Shown: piece after piece, positions 22,231 through 34,128 of the stretch
Numbering within the stretch: position 1 is the stretch's first letter
Layout: each line of letters starts with the position of its first letter
Assembly (NCBI RefSeq): GCF_004353825.1
Contig: NZ_SMNA01000006.1
Coordinates: 62,001 to 126,000, forward strand
DNA: 64,000 bases
Source: Occultella glacieicola
GTDB taxonomy: Bacteria > Actinomycetota > Actinomycetes > Actinomycetales > Beutenbergiaceae
Direction: 5' to 3'
The notes under the pieces: generated by a model
What the model was told of the DNA's origin: nothing
Databases searched by the model: none
What the model saw: the letters and a program-made list of their open reading frames with translations, nothing else
Translations under genes and position numbers: made by a program

Positions 22231-23487
22231 ATGACGTCCGCAGCGACGCTCGATCCGGCCGCCGACCAGGCCGGCCACGGGGCGGAAACCGCCCTGCTCG
22301 TCCTCGAGGACGGCACCGTCATGCGCGGACGCGCCTACGGCGCCCGGGGCGTCACGTTCGGCGAGATCGTCTTCTCCACCGGCATGACCGGCTACCAGGA
22401 GACCCTCACCGACCCTTCATACCACCGGCAGATCGTCATCATGACGGCCCCGCACATCGGGAACACCGGCGTGAACGACGAGGACCCCGAGTCCCTGAAG
22501 ATCTGGGTGGCCGGCTTCGTCGTGCGCGACCGGGCCCGCCGCGCCTCGAGCTGGCGCTCGCGCCGGGAGCTCGAGGACGAGCTGGCCGCGCAGGGCATCG
22601 TCTCGATCAGCGACGTGGATACCCGCGCCCTGACCCGCCGGCTGCGGGAGGAGGGTGTGATGCGCGCCGGGATCTTCTCCGGGGACGCACTGCCGGCCCT
22701 GCCCGGCCGGCACGGCGAGGCCGAACTGCTCGCGCAGGTCGCGGCCAGCCCGCAGATGACCGGTGCGGACCTGGCCCGCGAGGTGAGCACCCCCGAGCCG
22801 TACGTCGTGGAGCCGTCCGGCGAGTTCGCCGGCCGGGACCCGCTCGCCACCGTCGTGGCCGTCGACCTCGGCATCAAGGCGATGACCCCACAGCGGCTCT
22901 CCGAGCGCGGCGTCCGGGTGCACGTGGTGCCCTCACGCAGCACGATCACCGACATCACCGCACTGCAGCCGGACGGCGTGTTCTTCTCGAACGGTCCCGG
23001 TGACCCCGAGGCGTCCGTCCACGAGGTGGAACTGCTACGCGAGGTTCTCGACGCCGGCCTGCCCTACTTCGGGATCTGCTTCGGCAACCAGATCCTCGGG
23101 CGTGCCCTGGGCTACGGCACCTACAAGCTCGGCTACGGCCACCGCGGGCTGAACCAGCCCGTCAAGGACGTCACCACCGGCAAGGTCGAGATCACCTCGC
23201 ACAACCACGGCTTCGCCGTCGACGCCCCGATCGACGGCGAGTCGACCGCCCCGCATGATGGCGGCCGTTACGGGCGCGTGATCGTCTCCCACATCGGTCT
23301 CAACGACAACGTGGTGGAGGGCCTGGAGTGCCTGGACATCCCCGCGTTCTCGGTGCAGTACCACCCGGAGGCCGCGGCCGGCCCACACGACGCCGCCTAC
23401 CTGTTCGACCGGTTCGTGGACCTGATCACCGGCGGCGCGACGCCGGCCCGGGCCACCGCCCCACAGACCCAGAAGGACGCCAACTGA
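22231..23487 (+). CDS. carA: Carbamoyl-phosphate synthase small chain
   Basis: [40 protein letters not shown] 22231 has RBS GAGGTG (alternative GTG 22192). Confidence 0.96.
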   Translation: MTSAATLDPAADQAGHGAETALLVLEDGTVMRGRAYGARGVTFGEIVFSTGMTGYQETLTDPSYHRQIVIMTAPHIGNTGVNDEDPESLKIWVAGFVVRDRARRASSWRSRRELEDELAAQGIVSISDVDTRALTRRLREEGVMRAGIFSGDALPALPGRHGEAELLAQVAASPQMTGADLAREVSTPEPYVVEPSGEFAGRDPLATVVAVDLGIKAMTPQRLSERGVRVHVVPSRSTITDITALQPDGVFFSNGPGDPEASVHEVELLREVLDAGLPYFGICFGNQILGRALGYGTYKLGYGHRGLNQPVKDVTTGKVEITSHNHGFAVDAPIDGESTAPHDGGRYGRVIVSHIGLNDNVVEGLECLDIPAFSVQYHPEAAAGPHDAAYLFDRFVDLITGGATPARATAPQTQKDAN

Positions 23488-26400
23488 TGCCCCGTCGTTC
23501 CGATATTGCCAGCGTCCTCGTGATCGGGTCCGGCCCGATCGTGATCGGCCAGGCCGCAGAGTTCGACTACTCCGGCACCCAGGCCTGTCGCGTCCTGCGC
23601 GAGGAGGGTCTGCGGGTCATCCTGGTCAACTCCAACCCGGCCACGATCATGACCGACCCGGAGTTCGCCGACGCCACCTACGTGGAGCCGATCACGCCCG
23701 AGGTGGTGGCGTCCATCATCGAGAAGGAACGACCCGACGCCCTGCTGCCGACCCTGGGCGGGCAGACCGCCCTCAACACGGCCATCTCGCTGCACGAGGC
23801 CGGGGTGCTGGAACGGTACGGCGTGGAGCTGATCGGCGCGAACATCGACGCCATCAACGCGGCCGAGGACCGACAGCTCTTCAAGGGTGTCGTGGAGCGC
23901 TGCGGCGCCGAGGTGGCCCGGTCCGCGATCACCCACTCGATCGAGGACTGCCTGGACGCCGTCGCTGACCTCGGTTACCCGGTCGTGGTGCGCCCCTCCT
24001 TCACCATGGGCGGCCTCGGCTCCGGGATCGCCTACGACGAGGCCCAGTTGCGCCAGATCGCCGGCGCCGGGCTGCACTACTCACCGACCACCGAGGTGCT
24101 GCTCGAGGAGTCCATCCTCGGCTGGAAGGAGTTCGAGCTCGAACTCATGCGCGACCGCGCGGACAACGTGGTGGTCGTCTGCTCCATCGAGAACTTCGAC
24201 CCGGTGGGGGTGCACACCGGTGACTCGATCACCGTCGCCCCGGCCCTGACCCTGACCGACCGCGAGTACCAGCGGCTGCGGGACATCTCGATCGCGGTCA
24301 TCCGTGAGGTCGGGGTGGACACCGGTGGGTGCAACATCCAGTTCGCCGTGGAGCCGTCCACCGGCCGGATCGTGGTCATCGAGATGAACCCCCGGGTGTC
24401 CCGCTCGAGCGCCCTGGCCTCCAAGGCCACCGGGTTCCCGATCGCGAAGATCGCCGCCCGCCTCGCCGTGGGCTACACCCTCGACGAGATCCCGAACGAC
24501 ATCACCGGATCCACGCCGGCCTCGTTCGAGCCGACCCTCGACTACGTCGTGGTCAAGGTGCCCCGGTTCGCGTTCGAGAAGTTCCCGGCCGCGGACCCCA
24601 CCCTCACCACCACGATGAAGAGCGTGGGGGAGGCGATGGCCCTCGGCCGCAACTTCACCGAGGCGCTGCAGAAGGCGATGCGCTCGATCGACACCGACGA
24701 CTCCTCGTTCACCTGGGCCGGAGAGGTTCCGGACGCCGAGGAGACCGGTCTGCTCCTGGAGTCGATCCGGGTCCCGACCGACCACCGCATCCTCGACCTG
24801 CAGCGGGCCATCCGCGGCGGCGCCACCCTTGAGGAGATCACCGCCGCGACCGGGATCGACCCCTGGTTCGTCGACCAGATCATCCTCCTGGACGAGGTCG
24901 CGCATGAGATCACCGCGGCCGCGACGCTGCAGCCCGACATCCTCGCCCGGGCGAAGCGGCACGGCTTCTCGGACGCCCAGATCGCGCAGATGCGCGGCCT
25001 GGGGGAGGCGACCGTGCGCGAGATGCGCCACGCCTACGGGCTGCGGCCGGTCTACAAGACGGTGGACACCTGTGCCGCCGAGTTCGCCGCCCGGACCCCG
25101 TACCACTACTCCAGCTACGACGCCGAGACCGAGGTGGCCGCCCGGGGCCGCCCGGCCGTGCTGATCCTCGGCTCGGGACCGAACCGGATCGGGCAGGGCA
25201 TCGAGTTCGACTACTCGTGCGTGCACGCGGCCCTGGCGCTCAAGGGCTCGTACGAGACCGTCATGATCAACTGCAACCCGGAGACGGTCTCCACCGACTA
25301 CGACACCGCGGACCGCCTGTACTTCGAGCCGCTCACGTTCGAGGACGTGCTCGAGGTCTACCTGGCCGAGCTGGCCGTCGGCCCGGTCGCGGGCGTGATC
25401 GTGCAGCTCGGTGGGCAGACGCCGCTCAAGCTGGCCGACCGCCTGGCCGCCGCCGGCCTGCCCATCTGGGGCACCCCGCCGTCGGCCATCGACGCGGCCG
25501 AGGACCGCGGCCAGTTCGGCCAGGTGCTGCTGAACGCCGGGCTGCCGGCGCCGGCGTTCGGCACCGCGATCTCGCTGGCGCAGGCGACCGAGATCGCGGA
25601 CCGGATCGGCTACCCGGTCTTGGTGCGACCGTCCTACGTTCTCGGCGGGCGCGGGATGGAGATCGTCTACGACGCCGAGCAGCTCGTCGACTACGTGCGC
25701 CGGGCCACCGGCGCCGGTGACGCCGGGGCGCTGCTGCCCGCCCCGGTGCTCGTGGACCGGTTCCTCGACCAGGCGATCGAGATCGACGTGGACGCCCTCT
25801 ACGACGGCACCGAGCTGTACCTGGGCGGGGTGATGGAACACATCGAGGAGGCGGGGATCCACTCCGGCGACTCCGCGTGCGTGCTGCCACCGGTCACGCT
25901 CTCGGACTCCATGATCGACCGGATCCGGACCTCGACCGAGGCGATCGCCGCCGGCGTCGGGGTGCGCGGGCTGATCAACATCCAGTTCGCCCTCGCCGCG
26001 GACGTCCTGTACGTCCTCGAGGCGAACCCGCGCGCGTCCCGGACGGTGCCCTTCGTCGCGAAGGCCACCGGCGTGCCGTTGGCGAAGGCGGCGGCGCTGC
26101 TGATGAGCGGCCGCTCGATCGCGGACCTGCGCGCGGACGGAGTGCTCCCTGAACAGGACGCCAGCCACACCGATCTCGACGCGCCGATCGCGGTCAAGGA
26201 GGCGGTGCTGCCGTTCAAGCGGTTCCGCACCGCGTCCGGTCAGGTCGTGGACACCGTGCTCGGGCCGGAGATGCGCTCCACCGGTGAGGTCATGGGCTAC
26301 GACGTGGACTTCCCGCTCGCGTTCGCGAAGTCCCAGGCGGCGGCGTTCGGCGGGCTGCCGACCGAGGGCACCGTGTTCGTGTCCGTCGCGGACCGGGACA

Positions 26401-26846
26401 AGCGGTCCCTGACCATGGCCACCGGCCGGCTGCTGGAGCTCGGCTTCCGGATCCTCGCGACCGCCGGGACCGCGAGCGTGCTGCGCCGCAACGGCCTGTC
26501 CGCCGAGGTGGTCCGTAAGGCCTCCGACGGCACCGGCCCGAACGGAGAGCCGACCATCGTCGACCTGATCAACGCCGGGCAGGTGGACATGGTCATCAAC
26601 ACCCCGGGGAGCAAGGGCGCGCGCGCGGACGGGTACGACATCCGGACCGCGACCACCGCAGCAGACAAGGCGATCTCGACCACCACGCAGCAGTTCACGG
26701 CGGCGGTCCAGGCGATCGAGGCGATCCGGCGGGGACCGTTCGCGGTGCGCTCGCTGCAGGAGCACGACGCCGCCCGGCTGGCGCGGCACGAGGCAGCGGA
26801 CCAGGGGCTGACGGGCTCGAGGACGACCGGACGAACCAGGAGATGA
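23487..26846 (+). CDS. carB: Carbamoyl-phosphate synthase large chain
   Basis: [58 protein letters not shown]. Confidence 0.97.
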   Translation: MPRRSDIASVLVIGSGPIVIGQAAEFDYSGTQACRVLREEGLRVILVNSNPATIMTDPEFADATYVEPITPEVVASIIEKERPDALLPTLGGQTALNTAISLHEAGVLERYGVELIGANIDAINAAEDRQLFKGVVERCGAEVARSAITHSIEDCLDAVADLGYPVVVRPSFTMGGLGSGIAYDEAQLRQIAGAGLHYSPTTEVLLEESILGWKEFELELMRDRADNVVVVCSIENFDPVGVHTGDSITVAPALTLTDREYQRLRDISIAVIREVGVDTGGCNIQFAVEPSTGRIVVIEMNPRVSRSSALASKATGFPIAKIAARLAVGYTLDEIPNDITGSTPASFEPTLDYVVVKVPRFAFEKFPAADPTLTTTMKSVGEAMALGRNFTEALQKAMRSIDTDDSSFTWAGEVPDAEETGLLLESIRVPTDHRILDLQRAIRGGATLEEITAATGIDPWFVDQIILLDEVAHEITAAATLQPDILARAKRHGFSDAQIAQMRGLGEATVREMRHAYGLRPVYKTVDTCAAEFAARTPYHYSSYDAETEVAARGRPAVLILGSGPNRIGQGIEFDYSCVHAALALKGSYETVMINCNPETVSTDYDTADRLYFEPLTFEDVLEVYLAELAVGPVAGVIVQLGGQTPLKLADRLAAAGLPIWGTPPSAIDAAEDRGQFGQVLLNAGLPAPAFGTAISLAQATEIADRIGYPVLVRPSYVLGGRGMEIVYDAEQLVDYVRRATGAGDAGALLPAPVLVDRFLDQAIEIDVDALYDGTELYLGGVMEHIEEAGIHSGDSACVLPPVTLSDSMIDRIRTSTEAIAAGVGVRGLINIQFALAADVLYVLEANPRASRTVPFVAKATGVPLAKAAALLMSGRSIADLRADGVLPEQDASHTDLDAPIAVKEAVLPFKRFRTASGQVVDTVLGPEMRSTGEVMGYDVDFPLAFAKSQAAAFGGLPTEGTVFVSVADRDKRSLTMATGRLLELGFRILATAGTASVLRRNGLSAEVVRKASDGTGPNGEPTIVDLINAGQVDMVINTPGSKGARADGYDIRTATTAADKAISTTTQQFTAAVQAIEAIRRGPFAVRSLQEHDAARLARHEAADQGLTGSRTTGRTRR

Positions 26847-26856
26847 GGGAGCGGGG

Positions 26857-27762
26857 ATGAGCACCACCACCACGACCACGGGCGAGCGGTCCACACGCAC
26901 CGGCTTCGGCACCCGGTTGTCCCAGGCGATGGCGGCCCGCGGCCCGCTGTGCGTCGGGATCGACCCGCACGTCGGACTGCTGCACCGGTGGGACCTGCCG
27001 GACGATGCCCGCGGCGTCCGTGAGTTCTCCCTGCGGGTGGTCGAGGCCGTGGCCGGCCAGGTCGCGGCCGTCAAGCCCCAGTCCGCATTCTTCGAGCGGT
27101 ACGGCTCCGCCGGGATGGCCGCCCTGGAGGAGACGATCGCGGCCTGCCGGGCGGCCGGTCTGCTCTGCGTCGTGGACGCCAAGCGCGGCGACATCGGATC
27201 CACGATGGACGGCTACGCCGACGCGTTCCTCGGGAAGGACTCGGGCTTCGCCGGGGACGCGGTCACGCTCTCCCCGTACCTGGGCTTCGAGACCCTGCGA
27301 CCGGCGATCGAGGCCGCGCTGGCTACCGGCCGGGGGGTGTTCGTGCTCGCCCTGACGTCGAACCCCGAGGGCGCCGAGGTGCAGCACGCCCTGGTCGACG
27401 GCGTCCCGGTCGCCGCGGTGATCGCGCGGCACGCCGCCGCGGCGAACGTCGCCGAGATCGAGGCCGGGGCGCCGCTCGGCAGCGTCGGCCTGGTCGTCGG
27501 TGCCACGATCGGGTCCGCGGCACGCGACCTCGGGGTGGACCTGGCGGCCGTACGCGGGCCACTGCTCGCCCCGGGCGTTGGGGCCCAGGGTGGGGGAGCG
27601 GCACAGATCCGGGACGCATTCGCCGGCGCCCTCGGCGCGGTACTGCCGTCGAGCTCGCGTGACATCCTGCGCGCGGGGCCGAGCGTCGACGACCTGCGCG
27701 CCGCGGCCCGGGCGATCAACGCCGAGCTGCGCGACGCCGTCGGGCAGGTGCCGGCCGGCTGA
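26857..27762 (+). CDS. pyrF: Orotidine-5'-phosphate decarboxylase
   Basis: LCVGIDP, KPQSAFFE, DAKRGDIGST, LAPGVGAQG. Confidence 0.96.
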   Translation: MSTTTTTTGERSTRTGFGTRLSQAMAARGPLCVGIDPHVGLLHRWDLPDDARGVREFSLRVVEAVAGQVAAVKPQSAFFERYGSAGMAALEETIAACRAAGLLCVVDAKRGDIGSTMDGYADAFLGKDSGFAGDAVTLSPYLGFETLRPAIEAALATGRGVFVLALTSNPEGAEVQHALVDGVPVAAVIARHAAAANVAEIEAGAPLGSVGLVVGATIGSAARDLGVDLAAVRGPLLAPGVGAQGGGAAQIRDAFAGALGAVLPSSSRDILRAGPSVDDLRAAARAINAELRDAVGQVPAG

Positions 27763-27916
27763 GCCGGTCTGAGCCAGTCCTGAGCCAATCCATGGGCGGG
27801 GCACCCCGCCGAACGTGTTCAGGCCCACGCCTTCCCGATTGATCTGCGGGCCCGCCCTCGCTAGGTTGCCTAGCAACCATCCTCCGCCGACGCTTCGAGA
27901 GTTGAAGGTAAACACC

Positions 27917-28228
27917 GTGGCTCTTCCCCCACTGACACCGGAGCAGCGCGCCAACGCGCTCGCCAAGGCCGCCGCCGCTCGTGCGACCCGTGCCGAGGTG
28001 AAGAACCGGCTGAAGTACTCCGGTGGCAAGCTGTCCGAGGTGATCGCCGAGGGTGCCACCGACGACGCCGTGGGCAAGCTGAAGGTGCTGTCGCTGCTGG
28101 AGTCCCTGCCCGGCGTGGGCAAGATCACCGCGCGCGCCGTCATGACCGAGGTGGGGATCTCCGAGAGCCGACGCGTGCGTGGGCTCGGTCCGAACCAGAT
28201 CGCCAAGCTGGTCGAGCGGTTTGGCTGA
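27917..28228 (+). CDS. mihF: Actinobacterial integration host factor
   Basis: [30 protein letters not shown] after AAGGTA. Confidence 0.95.
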   Translation: MALPPLTPEQRANALAKAAAARATRAEVKNRLKYSGGKLSEVIAEGATDDAVGKLKVLSLLESLPGVGKITARAVMTEVGISESRRVRGLGPNQIAKLVERFG

Positions 28229-28835
28229 GCAGACCACCCCCGCTCGGCTCACGGTCCTGGCCGGCCCGACCGCGGTCGGCAAGGGCACCGTCTCCGCGGA
28301 CCTGCGCGCCCGCTACCCGAACATCTGGCTGTCGGTGTCCGCGACCACCCGGGCACCCCGGCCCGGCGAGGTCGACGGCGTCCACTACCTGTTCCTGAAG
28401 CCCGACGAGTTCGCCGGGATGGTCGCGGGCGGGGAGTTCCTGGAATGGGCCGTGGTGCACGGCCGCAACAGCTACGGCACCCCGCGCAGGCCGGTGGAGG
28501 AGCGCCTCGCCGCCGGGGCGCCGGCACTCCTGGAGATCGACCTGCAGGGCGCCCGCCAGGTCCGCCAGACCATGCCGGAGGCGCGGTTCGTGTTCCTGGC
28601 CCCGCCGAGCTGGGAGGAGTTGGTCCGGCGACTCGAGGGTCGCGGCACCGAGGACGCCGAGGAACGCGAGCGCCGGCTCGTCACCGCCCAGGTCGAGCTC
28701 GCGGCCGCCGCGGAGTTCGACCACACGATCGTCAACGACGACGTGCAGCGGGCCACCGACGAGCTGGTCGCGCTGATGGGATGTGCGCCGGCACCGCGCG
28801 AGCGCCTCGCCCCGACCGACCCGACGAGCCGCTAG
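28221..28835 (+). CDS. gmk: Guanylate kinase
   Basis: [35 protein letters not shown] start overlapping the mihF stop. Confidence 0.95.
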   Translation: MAEQTTPARLTVLAGPTAVGKGTVSADLRARYPNIWLSVSATTRAPRPGEVDGVHYLFLKPDEFAGMVAGGEFLEWAVVHGRNSYGTPRRPVEERLAAGAPALLEIDLQGARQVRQTMPEARFVFLAPPSWEELVRRLEGRGTEDAEERERRLVTAQVELAAAAEFDHTIVNDDVQRATDELVALMGCAPAPRERLAPTDPTSR

Positions 28836-28866
28836 ACTAGAGCGTTCGAACACCCAGCCGGCACCT

Positions 28867-28898
28867 GCCGACACAAGCCGACACAAGCCGACACAAGC
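28867..28898 (+). repeat. 10-bp tandem repeat (GCCGACACAA)x3 in the rpoZ leader
   Basis: Read directly: 28867-28876, 28877-28886, 28887-28896, plus GC. Confidence 0.9.
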
Positions 28899-28918
28899 AC
28901 AGACGAGGTTCTCCCGAC

Positions 28919-29182
28919 ATGTCAGGAACCGTTGCCGCACCCGAGGGCATCACCGATCCGCCGATCGACGAACTCCTCGAGGCAGCCGACTCCAAGTACG
29001 CCCTGGTCATCTACGCCGCCAAGCGCGCGCGTCAGATCAACGCCTACTACGCCCAGCTGAACGAGGGGCTGCTCGAGTACGTGGGCCCGCTCGTGGAGAC
29101 CGAACAGCAGGAGAAGCCCCTCTCCATCGCCATGCGCGAGATCAACGAGGGCCTCCTGACGGTCGAGCCGACCGAGGACTGA
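28919..29182 (+). CDS. rpoZ: RNA polymerase omega subunit
   Basis: [38 protein letters not shown]. Confidence 0.96.
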   Translation: MSGTVAAPEGITDPPIDELLEAADSKYALVIYAAKRARQINAYYAQLNEGLLEYVGPLVETEQQEKPLSIAMREINEGLLTVEPTED

Positions 29183-29190
29183 GCCCGAGC

Positions 29191-30447
29191 GTGCACGTCG
29201 TCCTCGGGGTCGGCGGGGGGATCGCCGCCTACAAGGCCGTCCTGCTGCTGCGCCTGCTGCGCGAGGCCGGGCACGACGTGCGCGTGATGCCCACGGACGC
29301 CGCGCTGGCGTTCGTGGGCGCACCGACCTGGGAGGCCCTCAGCGGGCACCCGGTCACCACCAGCGTCTTCGACGGTGCCGACACCGTCGATCACGTCCGG
29401 TTCGGTCGCGCGGCGGACCTGGTGGTCATCGCCCCGGCGACGGCGGACCTGCTGGCCCGCGCCGTCGGCGGACACGCCGACGACCTGCTCACCGCCACCC
29501 TGCTGACCGTGACCAGCCCGGTGCTGATGGCACCGGCGATGCACACGGAGATGTGGCACCACCCGGCCACCCGGGCCAACGTGGCCACCCTGCGCGAGCG
29601 CGGTGTGCACATCCTGGACCCCGCCGACGGACGCCTCACCGGCGCCGACTCCGGGCCCGGCCGGCTGCCGGAACCCGAGCAGATCCTCGCGGCGGCACTC
29701 GCCCTGGTGCCCGACGAGCGAGGCGACGCCCGTCCGTTGCCGCCGGCCGGTGACCGGTTCGCGGCCTCCCACGGGGGCCCCCTGAGCGGACGCCGGGTCG
29801 TCGTGAGCGCGGGCGGCACCCGCGAGCCGCTCGACCCGGTCCGGTTCATCGGGAACCGGTCCTCCGGCCGGCAGGGCGCCGCCCTGGCCGCGGTGGCCGC
29901 GGCCCGCGGCGCCGACGTGGAACTGGTCGCCGCGAACGTGGACGCGGCCCTGCTGCCCGACGGCGTCCGGGTCACCGCCGTGGAGACGACCGCGGAACTC
30001 CACGACGTGATGACCGCCCGCGCGGGCACCGCCGACGTGCTCGTCATGGCCGCCGCCGTCGCCGACTTCCGCCCCGTGCACACCGCCGCGTCGAAGACGA
30101 AGAAGAACGACGACGGGTCGGTCGCTCCCATCGAGCTGACCCAGAACCCGGACATCCTGGCCACCCTCGCGGCCGGCCGGCGACGAGGCCAGGTGATCGT
30201 CGGGTTCGGGGCCGAGACCGGGGACGCCGGCGGGAGCGTGCTCGACCACGGCCGGGCCAAGGCCCGGCGCAAGGGCGCCGACCTGCTCGCCGTGAACCAG
30301 GTCGGCGTCGGACAGGGGTTCGGCGACGTACCCAATCAGGTGGTCGTGCTCGACGGCTCCGGGACCGAGGTCGCCACCGTGGCCGGCAGCAAGGCCGAGG
30401 TGGCCGCCGGGCTGTGGGACGTGATCGCCGAACTGCTCAGGGACTGA
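29191..30447 (+). CDS. coaBC: Phosphopantothenoylcysteine decarboxylase / phosphopantothenate-cysteine ligase
   Basis: GGGIAAYK, APAMHTEMW, GGTREPLDPVRFIGNRSSG, AAVADF, VGFGAET. Confidence 0.95.
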   Translation: MHVVLGVGGGIAAYKAVLLLRLLREAGHDVRVMPTDAALAFVGAPTWEALSGHPVTTSVFDGADTVDHVRFGRAADLVVIAPATADLLARAVGGHADDLLTATLLTVTSPVLMAPAMHTEMWHHPATRANVATLRERGVHILDPADGRLTGADSGPGRLPEPEQILAAALALVPDERGDARPLPPAGDRFAASHGGPLSGRRVVVSAGGTREPLDPVRFIGNRSSGRQGAALAAVAAARGADVELVAANVDAALLPDGVRVTAVETTAELHDVMTARAGTADVLVMAAAVADFRPVHTAASKTKKNDDGSVAPIELTQNPDILATLAAGRRRGQVIVGFGAETGDAGGSVLDHGRAKARRKGADLLAVNQVGVGQGFGDVPNQVVVLDGSGTEVATVAGSKAEVAAGLWDVIAELLRD

Positions 30448-30528
30448 GCCGGATCGGCTCACGCATCGAGCGGATCTTCTCGACGGAAACTCCGCGGGCG
30501 CGCACGCGCAGGCATTAGGCTCGCCCCC

Positions 30529-31734
30529 GTGACTATGCGCCTCTTCACCTCGGAATCCGTGACCGAGGGCCACCCCGACAAGGTCTGCGATCTCATCTCC
30601 GACTCGATCCTGGACGCGATGCTCGCGGCCGACCCGACCTCCCGGGTGGCCGTCGAGACCATGGTGACCACGGGACTGGTCCACGTGGCCGGGGAGGTGA
30701 CCACCGACAGTTACGTCGAGATCCCGCGCCTGGTCCGGGGCGTTGTCAACGCGATCGGCTACACGTCCTCGGACATCGGCTTCGACGGCCACTCCTGTGG
30801 CATCTCGATCTCGATCGGGCAGCAGTCCCCGGACATCGCCGTCGGCGTCGACAAGGCCCTCGAGGTCCGCACCGACAGCGCCGACAGCGACCCCAACGAT
30901 CTGCAGGGCGCCGGTGACCAGGGCCTGATGTTCGGCTACGCCTCCGACGAGACGCCCGAACTGATGCCGCTGCCGATCGTGCTCGCGCACCGGCTCTCGG
31001 CCCGGCTGACCCAGGTCCGCAAGGAGGGCATCGTGCCCGGCCTGCGCCCCGACGGGAAGACCCAGGTCACGATCGCCTACGACGGCGACAAGCCGGTCGC
31101 GGTGGACACCGTGGTGCTGTCCACCCAGCACGAGGCGGACGTTCGCCTGGAGGAACAGCTCGAGCCGGCGATCCGCGAGCACGTGATCGACTTCGTGCTC
31201 GACGAGTACGCCGAGAAGACCGGCCTCGACGTCTCCTCCTACAAGCTCTTCGTGAACCCGACCGGCACATTCGTCGTCGGTGGCCCGATGGGCGACGCGG
31301 GGCTGACCGGCCGCAAGATCATCGTGGACAGCTACGGCGGCATGGCCCGGCACGGCGGCGGCGCGTTCAGCGGCAAGGACCCCTCGAAGGTGGACCGGTC
31401 GGCCTGCTACGCGATGCGGTGGGTCGCCAAGAACGTGGTGGCGGCCGGGCTCGCACGGCGCTGCGAGGTGCAGGTCTCGTACGCGATCGGCCGGGCCCAC
31501 CCGATCGCGGTCTACGTCGAGACGTTCGGCACCGAGACCGTCCCGACCGCGCGGATCACCGACGCCATCACGTCGGTGTTCGACCTGCGCCCGCGGGCCA
31601 TCATCGCCGACCTGGACCTGCTCCGGCCGATCTATGCGCTGACCTCCAACTACGGGCACTTCGGGCGCGAGCTGCCGGAGTTCACATGGGAGCGGACCGA
31701 CCGCGTGGACGCCCTCAAGGCCGCGGTGTCCTGA
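30529..31734 (+). CDS. metK: S-adenosylmethionine synthetase
   Basis: [28 protein letters not shown]. Confidence 0.97.
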   Translation: MTMRLFTSESVTEGHPDKVCDLISDSILDAMLAADPTSRVAVETMVTTGLVHVAGEVTTDSYVEIPRLVRGVVNAIGYTSSDIGFDGHSCGISISIGQQSPDIAVGVDKALEVRTDSADSDPNDLQGAGDQGLMFGYASDETPELMPLPIVLAHRLSARLTQVRKEGIVPGLRPDGKTQVTIAYDGDKPVAVDTVVLSTQHEADVRLEEQLEPAIREHVIDFVLDEYAEKTGLDVSSYKLFVNPTGTFVVGGPMGDAGLTGRKIIVDSYGGMARHGGGAFSGKDPSKVDRSACYAMRWVAKNVVAAGLARRCEVQVSYAIGRAHPIAVYVETFGTETVPTARITDAITSVFDLRPRAIIADLDLLRPIYALTSNYGHFGRELPEFTWERTDRVDALKAAVS

Positions 31735-31806
31735 CCATCCGGCCGCGGCCCGGCCCGTTGGGCACGGCGTTCGTGGCTGTCGGCAGTTCATGATGGGATC
31801 GGTCCT

Positions 31807-34005
31807 GTGCCGGCACCAGAACAACCCAGCCTCCTCGACCCGGGGATCTCTGCCCCGGAGCCACCGCGGTACGCCGGGGTGGCGCAGGTGCTCGTCGACA
31901 TGCCGTTGCCACACCTGGACCACACGTTCGACTACGGCATCCCGGACGCCCTCGACGGGGTCGCGCAGCCCGGCGTGCGGGTCAAGGTCCGGTTCGCCGG
32001 GACGGACCGGGACGGTTACCTGATCGCCCGGACGCCCGGCACGAACCACACCGGCACCCTCGCGCCCTTGCGGAAGGTCGTCTCGCCGCTGCCGGTCCTG
32101 ACCCCGGACATCCTCGAACTGGCCCGCACGGTGGCCCGCCGGTATGCCGGAACCAGCACCGACGTGCTCCGGCTCGCCATCCCGCCGCGACACGCGACGG
32201 CCGAGAAGGCGGTCCTGGCGCAACCGGAGGTGGCGCCCGAGCGGGTCCCGGCGCCGCCGGCGGCCGTCGCGGCCCCATCCGCCGCGCATGGCGCCGCCGG
32301 GACCGGACCCACGACCGGGCGAGCATCCCCACCCGAGCCGGCCGCCGCCGTCGGGCAGGAACCGTTACCGGACCCGACCGGTGCGCAGGTGCTGCTCGGC
32401 CCCGACCGGCTCGCCCACTGGGCCGACTACCCGGGCGGCGCCGCGTTCCTGCGCCGCATCGGCGCCGGCGAGTCCCCGCGCGCGGCCTGGTGCGCGCTGC
32501 CCGGGCGCGACGAACTGGCCGGCACCGAGCACCCGCACTGGGCGCTGGCGACCGCGGTCGCGGTGCTGGCGGCCCGGGCCGGGCGGCGGGACGCGATCGT
32601 CTGCGTCCCGGATGCCCGCGACGTCGCCACCGTCGGAGCGGCTCTGGACGCCCTGCAGGTCGAGCACGTGGTGCTCACCGCGGAGCAGGGCGCCTCGGCC
32701 CGGTACCGGCGCTTCGTGCGTGCCCTGACCGGCCGCACCCACGTCGTGATCGGGACCAGGTCGGCCGCGTTCGCGCCGCTGCCGAACCTCGGCCTCGTGG
32801 TGTGCTGGGACGACGGCGACGACCTGCTCGCCGAACCGCGCGCCCCGTACCCGCACACCCGCGAGGTGCTCGTGCAGCGCGCCGACATGGCCGGCGCCGC
32901 CGCCCTCGTCGGCGGTTTCGCGCGGACCCCGGAGGCCCAGTTGCTGGTGGCCGACGGGTGGGCCCGCTCGCTGCAGGCGGACCGGGCCGTGGTGCGGGCT
33001 CGCACTCCGCGGGTGATCGCACCGGGGGAGGCCGACCTCGCCCGCGAGGGGGACGGCGGCCGGGCCCGGATCCCGGCGACGGCGTCCGCGCTGGCCCGTC
33101 GTGCGCTCGCGCGGGGACCCGTGCTGGTCCAGGTGCCCCGGGCCGGGTACCTGCCGGTGGTCGCCTGCGCGCGCTGCCGCACCCCCGCCCGCTGCGGCCA
33201 CTGCCACGGACCGTTGCGGCTCGACCGGCCGGACGCGCCGCCGCAGTGTCGGTGGTGTGGCCGGCACGCGACCGCATGGGCATGCGGCGCGTGCGGTGCG
33301 ACGGCGGTGCGGGCCATGCGTACCGGCGCCGGCCGGACGGCCGAAGAACTCGGGCGGGCGTTTCCCGGGGTGCCGGTGACCGTCTCCGGCCGCGACGGCG
33401 GAGTGCAGGACCGGGTGCCCGGATCCCCGCGGCTCGTGGTCGCCACGCCCGGCGCCGAGCCACCCGCGGACGGCGGGTACGCTGCCGCACTGCTGCTCGA
33501 CGCGGCGCTGGTCTCGAACCGACCGGAGCTGTCGGCGGGGGTGGAGTCGCTGCGTCGGTGGCTGCGGGCGGCCGCGCTGGTGCGGTCCTCGGGTGACGGT
33601 GGCGAGGTGATGATCCTCGGCCAGGGCGCGCCGGTTCCGGTGCAGGCGCTGGTGCGATGGGATCCCGTCGGACATGCGGGTCGCGAGCTCGGCGAGCGGC
33701 AGGATCTCGCGTTCCCGCCCCTCGTGCGGCTCGCCACCCTCACCGGCGGCTCGGCGGCGTTGGCGTCGATGATGCGTCACCTGCGGCTTCCCGCCGACGC
33801 GGAGGTGCTCGGACCGGTCCCGGTCGAGGACCAGGCCGGCATGAAGGAGGCCGGCGACGAGGAGATCCTGCGTACCCTGGTGCGTATCGACCGCCGGGCC
33901 GGGGACGACCTGAGCGTCGCGCTGGCCCAGGCCCAGGCGGTCCGCAGTGCCCGCAAGGAGCCCGGCGTGGTCCGGGTCCGCGTCGACCCCGACCAACTCT
34001 GGTGA
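31807..34005 (+). CDS. priA: Primosomal protein N' (actinobacterial PriA)
   Basis: HLDHTFDY, GVRVKVRF, GTRSAAFAP, four CxxC Zn ligands; usual position between metK and fmt. Confidence 0.9.
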   Translation: MPAPEQPSLLDPGISAPEPPRYAGVAQVLVDMPLPHLDHTFDYGIPDALDGVAQPGVRVKVRFAGTDRDGYLIARTPGTNHTGTLAPLRKVVSPLPVLTPDILELARTVARRYAGTSTDVLRLAIPPRHATAEKAVLAQPEVAPERVPAPPAAVAAPSAAHGAAGTGPTTGRASPPEPAAAVGQEPLPDPTGAQVLLGPDRLAHWADYPGGAAFLRRIGAGESPRAAWCALPGRDELAGTEHPHWALATAVAVLAARAGRRDAIVCVPDARDVATVGAALDALQVEHVVLTAEQGASARYRRFVRALTGRTHVVIGTRSAAFAPLPNLGLVVCWDDGDDLLAEPRAPYPHTREVLVQRADMAGAAALVGGFARTPEAQLLVADGWARSLQADRAVVRARTPRVIAPGEADLAREGDGGRARIPATASALARRALARGPVLVQVPRAGYLPVVACARCRTPARCGHCHGPLRLDRPDAPPQCRWCGRHATAWACGACGATAVRAMRTGAGRTAEELGRAFPGVPVTVSGRDGGVQDRVPGSPRLVVATPGAEPPADGGYAAALLLDAALVSNRPELSAGVESLRRWLRAAALVRSSGDGGEVMILGQGAPVPVQALVRWDPVGHAGRELGERQDLAFPPLVRLATLTGGSAALASMMRHLRLPADAEVLGPVPVEDQAGMKEAGDEEILRTLVRIDRRAGDDLSVALAQAQAVRSARKEPGVVRVRVDPDQLW

Positions 34006-34128
34006 GCGGCGCCGAATGACGTCCACGAGCCCGACGACCCCGACCTCGCCCGGCGACCCGTCCACCACTGCGTCGCGCTCCCGACGATCCATGGTCCCGA
34101 TCACCGACCCACCCCAGGAGGCCCAGCC

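Noticed and set aside
24081..27203. Very long antisense or alternate-frame ORFs (e.g. 24081-27203, 29047-32289, 11057-13291, 59792-63088)
   Set aside because: Shadow ORFs of high-GC coding DNA; they overlap well-supported genes and show no protein motifs
28852..28896. TGTCGG on the minus strand of the rpoZ leader repeat as a PafBC promoter
   Set aside because: No TAnnnT at the 10-nt spacing (CTGGGT found for the outermost copy)
31807..34005. priA lacking a recognisable Walker A motif, as a possible pseudogene
   Set aside because: ORF is intact, and helicase-degenerate PriA is normal for actinobacteria
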